Source: Candidatus Campbellbacteria bacterium (GTDB lineage: Bacteria; Patescibacteriota; Minisyncoccia; Phycocordibacterales; JAXHMZ01). Taken from it: 64,000 nucleotides of DNA. Location of the stretch: assembly GCA_034521025.1 (NCBI GenBank), contig JAXHMZ010000005.1, forward strand, positions 26,352-90,351. The letters run 5' to 3'. How positions within the stretch are numbered: position 1 is the stretch's first letter; each line of letters starts with the position of its first letter. The translations under genes were made by a program, and so were the position numbers. The notes beneath the pieces were generated by a model that saw only the letters and a list, made by a program, of their open reading frames with translations, ran no database searches and was not told where the DNA came from. Positions 27,961 to 38,155 of the stretch are shown piece by piece.

Positions 27961-29888
27961 TACTCTACCACAACTCCGGCTCCAAATTCAGCTAGATCTT
28001 CGGTATTTAAGGATTCTGCCGAACCTCGAAGAGTTGAGCCCGCAAAGGAGTCGGTACCTTCTATCACAGCTTCACGAACGAGAGTAGGCGCTGTACCCGC
28101 CTGAGTACTGCTAGGAGTAATTGAGATCTGGAATGAAGTGGTCTCTCCTCGGGTATTTTCTTCTACTCTGCCGACATTCCACACCACTTCGTTCGTCAAC
28201 TGGCTATAGCTAACCGAAGCACTGTCTTCAACCTCAACCAGCTCCACATACGCCGGTAACGCGGCTCTTACAGTAGTATCTGTAGCCGTATTGCCCGTGT
28301 TGTTGACCGACCAGTTGACGGTATAGGTCGTTTCCTCTTCTACCCTTGGCGGCGTAGGACCTGAATTAGTGAAAGGACCACTACTGTAAGTTAAGTTTTG
28401 TGTTACCGCCAGGTCAGACGCGATTCTCACAACTCTTTCAAGTTCACTTTCTACATTGCGTCTGTTTCCGGGAGCTTGAGCTTCACTGGCGCTCGCATCT
28501 ACATCTATGTCTATTTCGGGATTAGAGGCTCCGCCCAGCTCATTTCCTCCTACAGTCTCAAAGGAAAAAGATACAGACCCATTATCTCTTGGCCCGACCG
28601 ATCTTAGGTCAGAATCCGTGGATTGATTCCAAGTAATAGTATTTTCAGCTGATTGATAAAATCCATTCCTTACACTGATAGAGTTTCTTTCTATAAACTC
28701 GCTGTCGAGAAATGCTTTTATTTCAAGATCTTGCAACGTATTAGCTGTTGTGTTTTCCCAGTTAATATCAACCCTTACTCTTTCTCCAGTTGATACAGAC
28801 ACAGTCGGAGCGCTACTTTTGTTTATGTTCGTTGTTAGAGAAAGTTGCGGAAGTGTAATAGTAACTATTGCCCGCGAAGAAGCATAGAGGCGCCCGATTT
28901 GTCCGTTTACACTGCCTTCTACGCCTGAATTAAAAGTGAAGTGTCTTTCTTCGTTATTTTGTCCTTCCAGGTAACCCTCTATAGTAATAGACTCTGTGCG
29001 CCGAGGTTCAATATCGCCAATCCTCCACGTGTTGTTTCCTTCAATCGGACTGGGGTTTGAGGAGACAAAGCTAAAACCACCGGGATATTCAGCTTCAACA
29101 AGTATATCTTTCAGGTTTGCGCTAGTGTTTGAAGAAGCATCGATTTCTATTTCAAAAGTATCTCTGGATTGCGCCTCATCCACGCTAGGCGCCACCAAAA
29201 GGGACAGGGGCGATGAGCTAATGCGCACGATATGCTTATCTTCATTAGAGAATTCAGCGGAGGAAACGTTAGTTGTATATTCGAGCAAAAGATCTATTTC
29301 TATATCCTCTCCTTCTTCACCAAAAAGAAATACCGAGAATTCCTCCTCTACGGTCTCTCCTTCCTCTATCGTCCCTAATTCTCGTACGACACGGTCCATC
29401 TCCTCTCCGCTTTCATCAGACGAAAGAGAATTTTCCGGGAATGTCATAGCCAAGGAAGGATTAGACAGAGCGCTTTTATTCGTATTCTCTATAGAAACCG
29501 TTAGTTTGATCTCATCTCCCGCTCTGGCTGTAGTTGGTCCATCAATATCTATATTGACATTACGGGAAGAGATCAAAGAACCAGCTATAAAGAATTTATA
29601 AAATACGGTTCCGGCAGTTACTATTAAAAGTACAGTCGAAATTATAAAAAATATTTTGAGGTAGTTTACGTTTGACTTTGGCTTTTCTCTCTGTATTGTC
29701 TCTTTTGGGCGTTCCGGCTCTTTATATTCCCAATCTTTAGCCAGGTCCTCTCCATCGCTTTCATCGCTTTTCTCGCGGCGCGCTCGCTTTGAGTTACGCA
29801 CGGACTTACGCGAATACAAACCTCTTTTCATTTTATCCAAAGAATCATCATCTTCGTACATACACTGAGTATAGCAAAGACTGAGCAA
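27960..29888 (-). CDS. Large membrane-anchored surface protein with DUF11/CARDB-like repeated beta domains
   Basis: K/E-rich cytoplasmic N-terminus, one TM, then repeats with 'NTWRIGDIEPRRTESITIEGY' / 'VVWNVGRVEENTRGETTSFQISITP' conserved-repeat-domain pattern. Confidence 0.5.
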   Translation of the reverse strand: MLSLCYTQCMYEDDDSLDKMKRGLYSRKSVRNSKRARREKSDESDGEDLAKDWEYKEPERPKETIQREKPKSNVNYLKIFFIISTVLLIVTAGTVFYKFFIAGSLISSRNVNIDIDGPTTARAGDEIKLTVSIENTNKSALSNPSLAMTFPENSLSSDESGEEMDRVVRELGTIEEGETVEEEFSVFLFGEEGEDIEIDLLLEYTTNVSSAEFSNEDKHIVRISSSPLSLLVAPSVDEAQSRDTFEIEIDASSNTSANLKDILVEAEYPGGFSFVSSNPSPIEGNNTWRIGDIEPRRTESITIEGYLEGQNNEERHFTFNSGVEGSVNGQIGRLYASSRAIVTITLPQLSLTTNINKSSAPTVSVSTGERVRVDINWENTTANTLQDLEIKAFLDSEFIERNSISVRNGFYQSAENTITWNQSTDSDLRSVGPRDNGSVSFSFETVGGNELGGASNPEIDIDVDASASEAQAPGNRRNVESELERVVRIASDLAVTQNLTYSSGPFTNSGPTPPRVEEETTYTVNWSVNNTGNTATDTTVRAALPAYVELVEVEDSASVSYSQLTNEVVWNVGRVEENTRGETTSFQISITPSSTQAGTAPTLVREAVIEGTDSFAGSTLRGSAESLNTEDLAEFGAGVVVE

Positions 29889-29907
29889 AAAATATAAACA
29901 ACACCAG

Positions 29908-30492
29908 CTACAAACCGCTGACGGCGAGTACTTCGTTTATTTCCTTTATGAGAGTCCTTCTTTCTTTTCCATCAATGTATTCGCTCTCGTTCTCTCCCAG
30001 AGGCATATTTGACACCCGCAAAAAAACATCGGAGTCGGTTCCGTATCCCAACACCTGAAGAATTTTGGAGACAAATACAAGCTCGTAGATATCGAGGTGG
30101 TCATTGGATACATTTTTCATTCCAAGAAAACCCTTTTCCACGACTTCGTATAGTTCAATGTCCGGCGACTCCCCCACCAAAAGGCGTTTTAAAAGAACCG
30201 AGATCTTTACCACAAGCGTTCTTTTTTCGCCCTCCGTCGTGGCAAAGAACATATTCTCAAACGGATATGCGTTAGTGATCCTCCACCCGCCTTTACCTTC
30301 AACGAGAGACACTTCCACAAAGGAGAACGGCTGTAAAGCGTAGCGTAACTTTGACTTTTGCAGGCGAATGCTTCTCGCGGACGCGGTTATTGTCCCAATG
30401 TCTTTGGTTAATAGAGTGAAAATTCTGTTGGCTTCTCCGACATTACGAGCCGACAGCACGAAAGAGTCTGTGGTATAAACTGTATTTGCCAT
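29908..30492 (-). CDS. recO: DNA repair protein RecO (short form)
   Basis: N-terminal OB pattern 'FVLSARNVGEANRIFTLLTKDIGTITASARSIRLQKSKLRYALQPFSFVEVSL'. Confidence 0.6.
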   Translation of the reverse strand: MANTVYTTDSFVLSARNVGEANRIFTLLTKDIGTITASARSIRLQKSKLRYALQPFSFVEVSLVEGKGGWRITNAYPFENMFFATTEGEKRTLVVKISVLLKRLLVGESPDIELYEVVEKGFLGMKNVSNDHLDIYELVFVSKILQVLGYGTDSDVFLRVSNMPLGENESEYIDGKERRTLIKEINEVLAVSGL

Positions 30493-30501
30493 AAACCTCC
30501 A

Positions 30502-33500
30502 TTAAAGCTTCTCTACCACTAGCGTTACCTCGAAATCTCCTATTGATTGGGTTGTGCCTGTTTGAGTATTGTCTATAGGACCGACAATTAACTTTTCGGC
30601 ATTAGAAGCTTCTTTTATCTCCTCTTTATACTCCTCAACTATAGAGTCGAATTCTTCTTTGTCCGAATGGAAATAGACGTTGACCAGGTCGCGCGGATTC
30701 AAACCTAAGTTTTTGCGTTCATTTTGGACAGTCCTGATGACCTCGCGGGCGATACCTTCTTTTCTGAGCTCTTCTGTTATATGACTATCTATTTCAACCT
30801 CGCTTTTGCCTTCTTCATATTTGACCGACTTAACATTCATCTCATCGGAGATTATAGATTCCATAGTATCGTCTAACTTTTCGCCCCCATAAGAAAGCGA
30901 GGCGAGAGGTTGGCGCACTTTTATCCCCTCTTTATTCCGCTCCTCAAGTCCTTCGGAGACTATTTCACGAACTCTTTTCATCTTCTCTAAGATATCTCCG
31001 TTTGGCTTCTTTAAAGTAGGCCAAGACTCGAGGTGTACACTTTCCGGATCGCTCTCACCCCTGAGAGAACGATATAGGTAGTCGGCATAAAATGGCATAA
31101 ACGGAGCTGATATCAAAGCAAAAGTCTTTAGAGTAGTATAAAGCACGCGACGAGACATCTTTCCATCTTCTGAATTTTCACCCTTGAAACGATCTCTGGA
31201 ACGGCGAAGATACCAAGTAGACAGATCTTCCACAAAATCAAAGAGGGGTCTCGTGGCTTTATCTAACTCGTAGTTGTCAAGCGAGTGTCGCACCATTTGC
31301 TCGGTTTTGGAGAGTCTAGATTCGATCCATATATCCAGAACATTTTCGCTTTCTTCGAGCTCTTTCTCTTCTTCTAAGGATCTATCCCGATATATTTCGT
31401 AGAATTTATATACGTTATCAAGCCGGCCGATCACTTTTCGTGAGATCTCGGCAACACCTTTCTCGGAGAAATTGAGCGATTCGGCGCGTACTACCGAGGA
31501 AGATGACATATACAATCTGAGAGAGTCAGCTCCATATTTGCTTATTACCTCCAATGGGTCGGGATAGTTCAAAAGTCGTTTGGACATTTTTTGCCCGTCT
31601 TCAGAAAGAATTATGCCGTTGACTATTACGTTTTTGTAGGGCGACTTGTTAAATAGTCCAACTCCTAAGACAAGCAAAGAATAGAACCACCCTCTGGTTT
31701 GATCCAGACCTTCAGCGATAAAGTCCGCCGGGAAACCTTTGTTCCCTTCCGGTTCAAATATATCTCTATTCTCAAAAGGATAATGATGCTGGGCATACGG
31801 CATAGAGCCGGATTCATACCAGGTGTCAAAAACTTCAGCTACTCTGGTAAGCTCAGTTCCTGACTCGGAATAAACTTTTATTTGGTCAATATAAGGACGG
31901 TGAAAATCAAACTGTCTTCCGGTGTCCGTACGAACGTCAAATCTTATCGGAAAAGCAAACCTGCCAACACTCTGTCGATGAAGAAGCTCTTCGTTGATCT
32001 CTTTGTTTTCTATACTCCGTTCTATCTCAGCGACAATACCTTGGTGCGCAACTACAAGAACCGATTCACCGGCGTGCTTATGAGTCGCGTTTTCTAGAAA
32101 CCGATTGACTCTATCACTCACTTCTTTCCAACTTTCACCGTTGGTGCCTCGAACCGCCTCAAATTGCTCTTGGGGTGGAAGACTGAAATATTCTTTTCTT
32201 TCTTCTTTTACCCTCTCGCTATCCAGTGTTTCTTTTTCCCAATCTCCGCTATCCACCTCGCTAACTTCCTCTGCGATCTTCACTTCAAGACCCAATTCCT
32301 CGGCTACTATCTCGGCTGTCTTTCTAGCCCGAAGTACAGGAGAAGAATAAATAACATCAACAGAACCGGATAGCTTCTTGGCAGCCTCTTTCGCCTCTTT
32401 GACACCAGTCTCAGTTAGTCCGTACTTATCGAGAGAAGAATCCAATACATTCAATACATTCTTCTCGCTTTCGGCGTGGCGCATTGTGATTATTCTTGTT
32501 AACGCCCCACGTGATTTCTTGCGTAATTCTTCAACTGAACCAATAACTTCCATCTCCTTTGTCTCCTCATTTCTCCAAACTGGCAGAGGGGAACCCCAGT
32601 AGCGCGAACGAGAAACAGCCCAATCGCGAGCGTTTTCCAGCCATTTGCCAAATCTTCCCGTACCTATGTGATCAGGGGTCCAACTTACTCCTTCATTTGC
32701 TTTGATGATCTCATCTTTTATGTCAGTTACCGCAATAAACCAGGAAGTAGTAGCGTAATTTAAAAGCGGTGTGTCACAGCGCCAGCACAAAGGATACGAG
32801 TGGGTTATTTTCTCTTTGGCGAAGAGAAGGTTGTTCTCGGCAAGCCACTTTATTATCTTGATATCAGTAGCCATATGATCTTCCCCATCTTCGTCTTTTG
32901 GCTTTACCTTTTCTCCGGCAAAATCAACTACGTCTTCGGTAAACGCTCCCTCAAAATTGACATGGTGAACTATAGGTATATTCTTCTCTTGCGCGAGCAA
33001 GAGATCTTCCTCACCGAAGGCGGGTGCTAAGTGCACAATACCGGTTCCGTCGTCCGTCGTTACATAATCAGCGTCATATATTTTCCAGGCGTTTTCTTTG
33101 TTAGGAAGATCTTTATCTAAAAAGTACGGAAATGGTGGCTTGTACGAAAGCCCGACCAGATCACTACCCTTCATTTCTTTGGTTTGGATTTCGCTTTTCC
33201 CAGCCAACCAAAATAGCTGGTGCAGTTTGCCTTCGTTTGATGAATCCTTTTGTCCGGCTTCTTTGGCGAAAATATAAGTACCCGGATCAATGTCGCTCTT
33301 TAAGTCAAAGCCCAATTCCTCAATATTTTCCGGAACGGTAACGGCAATATAGTCAATATCTTTGTGCACGCCGACCGCCACATTACCCGGAAGCGTCCAC
33401 GGCGTAGTTGTCCAAGTCAAAAGAAAAGTTCCCGGCTCTTCTTTTAGTTCGAACTTTGTCGTTACGGAAAGATCCTTGATGTCTTGATATCCTAAATTAA

Positions 33501-34164
33501 CTTCAAAGTTGGAAAGCGTAGTGCCACAACGCGGACATAGGTGCATAGACTTAAAGCCCTCGTACACTAGATCTTTCTCAAAAAGAGTCTTGAATATCCA
33601 CCAGGTGGTTTCCGAGTATTCCGGATCCATAGTTTTGTAGTCATTTTCCATATCCACGAAACGTCCCGTGCGGGGAACGATCTTTCTCCATTCATCTCTG
33701 TACTTCAAAACCGAACCTCTGGCTTCCTCATTGAACTTATCTATTCCGAGATCCTCGATCTCACGTTTTGTATTAACGCCGAATTTTTTCTCGATCAAGT
33801 TCTCTATAGGCAGACCGTGTACATCCCACCCCCAAACTCTTCTCACGTGTTTTCCTCGCATTGTTTGAAAACGCGGGATTATATCCTTAATAGTCCCGGC
33901 CAAGAGATGGCCATAGTGCGGCAGACCGGTGGCGAACGGAGGACCATCATAAAAGACAAATTCCCCTTCCGGCGAAGGTTTGGAAAGAGACTTAAGAAAT
34001 ATATCGCTTTCGTTCCAAAATTCGAGGATGTCTTCCTCTCTTTTAGATACTTCACTTTCAGCTTTTATTTCCACGTTTTCTTTAGAGTTCTCTTTTTCCT
34101 TTTTTTTCACGTTTTCTTTCGTTTTTTTGGAATTCATCTCTTGCGAGTTTAGGTCATTGCTCAT
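30502..34164 (-). CDS. ileS: Isoleucyl-tRNA synthetase (type 2) with an inserted histidine-phosphatase (PGAM/SixA-like) domain and a K/E-rich N-terminal extension
   Basis: 'PPFATGLPHYGHLL' HIGH, 'GQKMSKRLLNYPDP' KMSKS, editing-domain and 'WAVSRSRYWGSPLPVW' motifs; ~200 aa between 'GSVEELRKKSRG' and 'FDFHRPYID' containing 'RHAESEKN', 'SSPVLRARKTAEIV', 'VLVVAHQG'. Confidence 0.9.
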   Translation of the reverse strand: MSNDLNSQEMNSKKTKENVKKKEKENSKENVEIKAESEVSKREEDILEFWNESDIFLKSLSKPSPEGEFVFYDGPPFATGLPHYGHLLAGTIKDIIPRFQTMRGKHVRRVWGWDVHGLPIENLIEKKFGVNTKREIEDLGIDKFNEEARGSVLKYRDEWRKIVPRTGRFVDMENDYKTMDPEYSETTWWIFKTLFEKDLVYEGFKSMHLCPRCGTTLSNFEVNLGYQDIKDLSVTTKFELKEEPGTFLLTWTTTPWTLPGNVAVGVHKDIDYIAVTVPENIEELGFDLKSDIDPGTYIFAKEAGQKDSSNEGKLHQLFWLAGKSEIQTKEMKGSDLVGLSYKPPFPYFLDKDLPNKENAWKIYDADYVTTDDGTGIVHLAPAFGEEDLLLAQEKNIPIVHHVNFEGAFTEDVVDFAGEKVKPKDEDGEDHMATDIKIIKWLAENNLLFAKEKITHSYPLCWRCDTPLLNYATTSWFIAVTDIKDEIIKANEGVSWTPDHIGTGRFGKWLENARDWAVSRSRYWGSPLPVWRNEETKEMEVIGSVEELRKKSRGALTRIITMRHAESEKNVLNVLDSSLDKYGLTETGVKEAKEAAKKLSGSVDVIYSSPVLRARKTAEIVAEELGLEVKIAEEVSEVDSGDWEKETLDSERVKEERKEYFSLPPQEQFEAVRGTNGESWKEVSDRVNRFLENATHKHAGESVLVVAHQGIVAEIERSIENKEINEELLHRQSVGRFAFPIRFDVRTDTGRQFDFHRPYIDQIKVYSESGTELTRVAEVFDTWYESGSMPYAQHHYPFENRDIFEPEGNKGFPADFIAEGLDQTRGWFYSLLVLGVGLFNKSPYKNVIVNGIILSEDGQKMSKRLLNYPDPLEVISKYGADSLRLYMSSSSVVRAESLNFSEKGVAEISRKVIGRLDNVYKFYEIYRDRSLEEEKELEESENVLDIWIESRLSKTEQMVRHSLDNYELDKATRPLFDFVEDLSTWYLRRSRDRFKGENSEDGKMSRRVLYTTLKTFALISAPFMPFYADYLYRSLRGESDPESVHLESWPTLKKPNGDILEKMKRVREIVSEGLEERNKEGIKVRQPLASLSYGGEKLDDTMESIISDEMNVKSVKYEEGKSEVEIDSHITEELRKEGIAREVIRTVQNERKNLGLNPRDLVNVYFHSDKEEFDSIVEEYKEEIKEASNAEKLIVGPIDNTQTGTTQSIGDFEVTLVVEKL

Positions 34165-34248
34165 ACTTTCTACTCTACCCCAGCTTTAAATCAAAATCAA
34201 AAGGCCCTAGATCAAATGGCCGTTGTGATCACACCGATAATAAATTAT

Positions 34249-35958
34249 CTACATTTTCTCCGGCACTCGAATACCTAGAATATACAAACCATTCTCCATC
34301 GCGGCAATAAAGCCTTTTGTTAACGCAAGCTTGTACGGACTATATTCATCGTTGGGATCTGCTATTTTTTCTTGCGCGTAAAAGGCGTTGAACTCACCGG
34401 CTATTTCGATCAAGTAAGTGACTACGTAGTGCGGTGCATTCTCTTTTTCCGCGCGTAGCACAACATCAGGAAAGCGTTTGAGCAATCGCTCTAATGGATA
34501 AATGCTCTCAGGGGCATTTTCAAATGAAGGTTCAATTCCTTCAGAGCAAGCTTTTTCTATCACTGAACGAGCACGCACAGTAGAATATTGCAAATATGGA
34601 CCTGAGTCACCTTCAAAAGAAAGTGACTGCTCCATATCAAAAGTAACTTCTTTGCCTATTGCCTGTTTGAGTATGGTGTATTTTATCGCCGCTACCCCCA
34701 CATCTCGCGCAATTTCCTCGCGCGTCTCTTCGGAATATTCTTCTTTCATCTTCTCGATGGAACGGTTTACTGCCTTCATAACCAAGTCCTCGCCGGAGAT
34801 TATGTTCCCTTTTCTTGAAGACATTTTTCCTTCCGGCAGTCGAAGTATATTGTGACTGATATGTCTCGTTTTCTTGGCTAATTCAGGAAAGATCTTTTCC
34901 ATAGCTACCAGAAGAACTTTGAAATATTCATTTATCTCGTTCCCAGTTACTACAACGGATGAGTCGTAAGGATAGCGTTCGTGTTTCTCTTTTGCCAAGG
35001 CCAGCTCTTTTGCCTCATAAGTTGGCAGTCCTTCGGAGTTAACAAAAACTCTGGTATGCAAACCGTGGTCTTCCCCTTTGAAAACGATAGCGCCGTCGCT
35101 TTCCGAGAATACGCCCTGGTCAAGTCCAGAGAGAACAACCTCTTTCCCTTTTTCGGCTACCTCGCTTTCGAAAAAGTATAGATCAAATTTTGTTCCCAAT
35201 AGATCGTAAATGCGCTCGAAGTCCTCTAAGCTCCAACGCCTACCCGTCTCGTAAAGATTGTTTATTTCTTCGTTACTCTTTTCGTAGATCTCTTTGTTGA
35301 TCCGCACTATAGCCGCGCGGGCTTCCTCGGATTCTTCATAGGCGCGAGATCCAAACGCATAAGCGTTTCCGAGAAATTCGATCTTCGATTTCAGGGAGTC
35401 GCTTTCCGCGGGAAAATTTCCATCGTCTTGTGTCATCCCCCAGACAGCTTTCGCTACGTGCATACCCACGTCTCCTTGATAACTTGCTCTTTTGACTCGA
35501 GCTCCAGAAAATTCAGTGAGGCGCGAGAGGGATTCACCAATAACGTTGGGCATTAGATGTCCAATATGAAATTCCTTGAAAGGATTGGGGTCTGTATATT
35601 CTATTATCACTTTTTCGCCCTCGCGATGATCGCTCCTGCCAAAATTCTTACTATCAGCATTGATATCTTTCAGAAGATCCGTGAAAAATTTTCTTGTGTA
35701 AAAGAAATTTATAAAACCGGGACCGGCTACTTCTATTTTCTCTACCTCTTCGGGTTTTATATTATTTATCTCACTCTCTAATTCTTCGGCCAGATCACGC
35801 GGGTTCTTTCCTGTTTTTTGGGAAAGAACCATAGCTATATTTGTTGAGACATCACCGAAAGAGATATCCGTGGGGAACTCCAGGTGTACGTCATCCACCT
35901 CAATAGAAAGACTATGAAGCGACTCTATGATTGCCTGTTTTATGCGACCTTCTATCAT
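34249..35958 (-). CDS. argS: Arginyl-tRNA synthetase
   Basis: 'TDPNPFKEFHIGHLMPNVIGESL' HIGH region, ArgRS N-terminal add-domain and C-terminal DALR region. Confidence 0.9.
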   Translation of the reverse strand: MIEGRIKQAIIESLHSLSIEVDDVHLEFPTDISFGDVSTNIAMVLSQKTGKNPRDLAEELESEINNIKPEEVEKIEVAGPGFINFFYTRKFFTDLLKDINADSKNFGRSDHREGEKVIIEYTDPNPFKEFHIGHLMPNVIGESLSRLTEFSGARVKRASYQGDVGMHVAKAVWGMTQDDGNFPAESDSLKSKIEFLGNAYAFGSRAYEESEEARAAIVRINKEIYEKSNEEINNLYETGRRWSLEDFERIYDLLGTKFDLYFFESEVAEKGKEVVLSGLDQGVFSESDGAIVFKGEDHGLHTRVFVNSEGLPTYEAKELALAKEKHERYPYDSSVVVTGNEINEYFKVLLVAMEKIFPELAKKTRHISHNILRLPEGKMSSRKGNIISGEDLVMKAVNRSIEKMKEEYSEETREEIARDVGVAAIKYTILKQAIGKEVTFDMEQSLSFEGDSGPYLQYSTVRARSVIEKACSEGIEPSFENAPESIYPLERLLKRFPDVVLRAEKENAPHYVVTYLIEIAGEFNAFYAQEKIADPNDEYSPYKLALTKGFIAAMENGLYILGIRVPEKM

Positions 35959-35978
35959 TTAGATAATTTTATCATCAT

Positions 35979-36401
35979 TTATCTTCCCGTACTTCCAAAT
36001 CCGCCTTCACCGCGAGAAGTTTCGTTCAATTCATTTACTTCTACTATTCCGGCTTGCTCCACGCGCTGAAAAAGGATTTGCGCAACTTTATGCCCACTTT
36101 CCATTGCCGCTTTTTCATTACCAAGATTAATAATTCCTACCATAATTTCTCCTCTATAACTAGCATCGATAACTCCACCGAGCACCTTTAATCCTTGTTT
36201 ATGAGAAAGTCCGCTTTTGTCCCATATCAATCCAACATAACCATCCGGAATTTCCATAGCAATACCTGTGCGCACTTGAGTTCTTTCTCCCGGAGAAAGT
36301 TCCAATCCTTCAAGCGCAAAAAGATCAGCACCAGCATCGCTCAGGTTTGCGTAAACCGGCAGCTTTGCCTCTTTTTCTAATTTTTTTACTTTAATATCCA
36401 T
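35979..36401 (-). CDS. dut: dUTP diphosphatase
   Basis: 'AGADLFALEGLELSPGERTQVRTGIAMEIPDGYVGLIWDKSGL..RGEIMVGIINLG'. Confidence 0.9.
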   Translation of the reverse strand: MDIKVKKLEKEAKLPVYANLSDAGADLFALEGLELSPGERTQVRTGIAMEIPDGYVGLIWDKSGLSHKQGLKVLGGVIDASYRGEIMVGIINLGNEKAAMESGHKVAQILFQRVEQAGIVEVNELNETSRGEGGFGSTGR

Positions 36402-36452
36402 ATTCCTTCATAGTAACAAACAAAACTGTAAAAGAGTGATGTTTTTATATAT

Positions 36453-37076
36453 TTATAAATATTCATTGATCATCTCAGTGATACTCTCGGTTACTTTATC
36501 AATCGGCTGTGAAGCGTCTACAAAACGAGACGGCACCTGTTCGGCAAACGCTCTTGTACCCTCGCGAACGCGTTCATGAAAAGCTATTTCTCGCTCATCA
36601 AAATGATTGCTTTCACTTTTGTTAACCACCTTTCTTTCAAGAGCTAAGCCCGGATCAACGTCTAAGAAAATATACGTCTCCGGTGCCCTGTCTTCGAGAT
36701 AGTAGTCGCGCATTGTCCAAAAGAGTTCAGTAAGCTCTTTTTCTTCTTGCCCATAGATCTGATGTGTGAACGTGGTGGAATCAAACCTGTCAGAGATGAC
36801 CAATGAACCGGATTCAAGGGCGGGTATGATCGTGCGCGCCAAGTGATCAGCGCGAGCCGCCCAAAAAAGAGCGAACATAACTTTAGCGTTGGCCTGTCCC
36901 GCGTACTCGGAGTTTAATATTAGCTCGCGAATTTCCTCGGCATAGGGCGAGCCGCCCGGCTCTCTCGTAACTACCGCTTTTTCGCCTAAGTTCTCTTTTA
37001 ATTTTTTTATTTGGGTGGATTTTCCGGCTCCTTCCACTCCATCTATGACAATAAATTTTCCAACTTGTCCTGGCAT
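36453..37076 (-). CDS. tmk: Thymidylate kinase
   Basis: 'KFIVIDGVEGAGKSTQIKKLKENL..VTREPGGS' P-loop and lid. Confidence 0.9.
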   Translation of the reverse strand: MPGQVGKFIVIDGVEGAGKSTQIKKLKENLGEKAVVTREPGGSPYAEEIRELILNSEYAGQANAKVMFALFWAARADHLARTIIPALESGSLVISDRFDSTTFTHQIYGQEEKELTELFWTMRDYYLEDRAPETYIFLDVDPGLALERKVVNKSESNHFDEREIAFHERVREGTRAFAEQVPSRFVDASQPIDKVTESITEMINEYL

Positions 37077-37155
37077 ATTATGTTTTTTAAACTTGGCAAT
37101 ATTGTTTCCCTAGTACGATCAAAATACTGAAGTGTAGTATACTACAAATAAGAAA

Positions 37156-37659
37156 ATGTCTTCAGAGCCGAAAATTTTAATGTTAGCTACCATAGCCGGA
37201 GAGGATCGCGTGATCTCCAAAGACGGTGCTTTACCGTGGCGTATTCCCGAAGATGAAAAGCATTTCTCTTCTACAATAAAAAATCAAACAGTGATCATTG
37301 GGCGCAAAGCCTTTGAGGCAAATGTGCGAGACCTGAAGAACGCACGGCATAAAATTGTCCTCACTCAAAATATAAATCTTTTTTACGAGGGAGTTATTAC
37401 CGCTTATTCTCCGGAAGACGCTCTACAGAAGGCGCAAGAACTGGGGAGTAAAGAAGTTGTCGTGGTTGGAGGCGGATTATCTTTTGCTACCTTTTTACCT
37501 CAGACAACAACTCTATATCTCACCGTAATAGACCAAGACCTAGCGGGAGATATAACGTTCCCGGAATGTAATAATTTCGAAATAGTTTCCGAAGAAGAGA
37601 AAAAGCTGGGAAGAAACACTATTACTTTTACGGAATTAGAAAGAAAAAAAGCGGCCTGA
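37156..37659 (+). CDS. folA: Dihydrofolate reductase
   Basis: 'ILMLATIAGEDRVISKDGALPWRIPEDEKHFSSTIKNQTVIIGRKAFE' DHFR signature. Confidence 0.85.
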   Translation: MSSEPKILMLATIAGEDRVISKDGALPWRIPEDEKHFSSTIKNQTVIIGRKAFEANVRDLKNARHKIVLTQNINLFYEGVITAYSPEDALQKAQELGSKEVVVVGGGLSFATFLPQTTTLYLTVIDQDLAGDITFPECNNFEIVSEEEKKLGRNTITFTELERKKAA

Positions 37660-37678
37660 AGCCGCTTTTTTAATTATC

Positions 37679-38101
37679 TTATTTTACTTCTACCCCCATC
37701 GATCGCGCGGTTCCTTCTATGATCCGATCAGCTGCTTCTTCTGTGGCCGCATTAAGATCTGGGGCTTTTTTCTCGGCGATCTCTCTTACTTGTGCCTTGC
37801 TTAAAGTTCCCACCTTACGAGTAACATTTTTACCGGAACCTTTATCTTGGCCAATAGCTTTCAAAATAAGACGGGAAGCCGGTGGTGTTTTGAGTACAAA
37901 ATCAAAGCTTCGATCTTCATAAACCGATATCTCCACGGGAACAACGTCTCCGCGCATCTCAGCTGTTGCTTCGTTGAATTGCGTAACAAACTGTCCAATA
38001 TTGATCCCTGCCTGACCTAAAGCAGGTCCTACCGGTGGAGCCGGATTGGCGGCACCGCCTTGTATTTGGAGTTTTAATTTTTTTTCTACTTTCTTTGCCA
38101 T
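37679..38101 (-). CDS. rplK: Ribosomal protein L11
   Basis: '[34 protein letters not shown]' canonical. Confidence 0.95.
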   Translation of the reverse strand: MAKKVEKKLKLQIQGGAANPAPPVGPALGQAGINIGQFVTQFNEATAEMRGDVVPVEISVYEDRSFDFVLKTPPASRLILKAIGQDKGSGKNVTRKVGTLSKAQVREIAEKKAPDLNAATEEAADRIIEGTARSMGVEVK

Positions 38102-38155
38102 ATAATTAGTCTTTTGACGGGATAAATGCTACACCAGTAGCTCTTTTTCTGCAAG

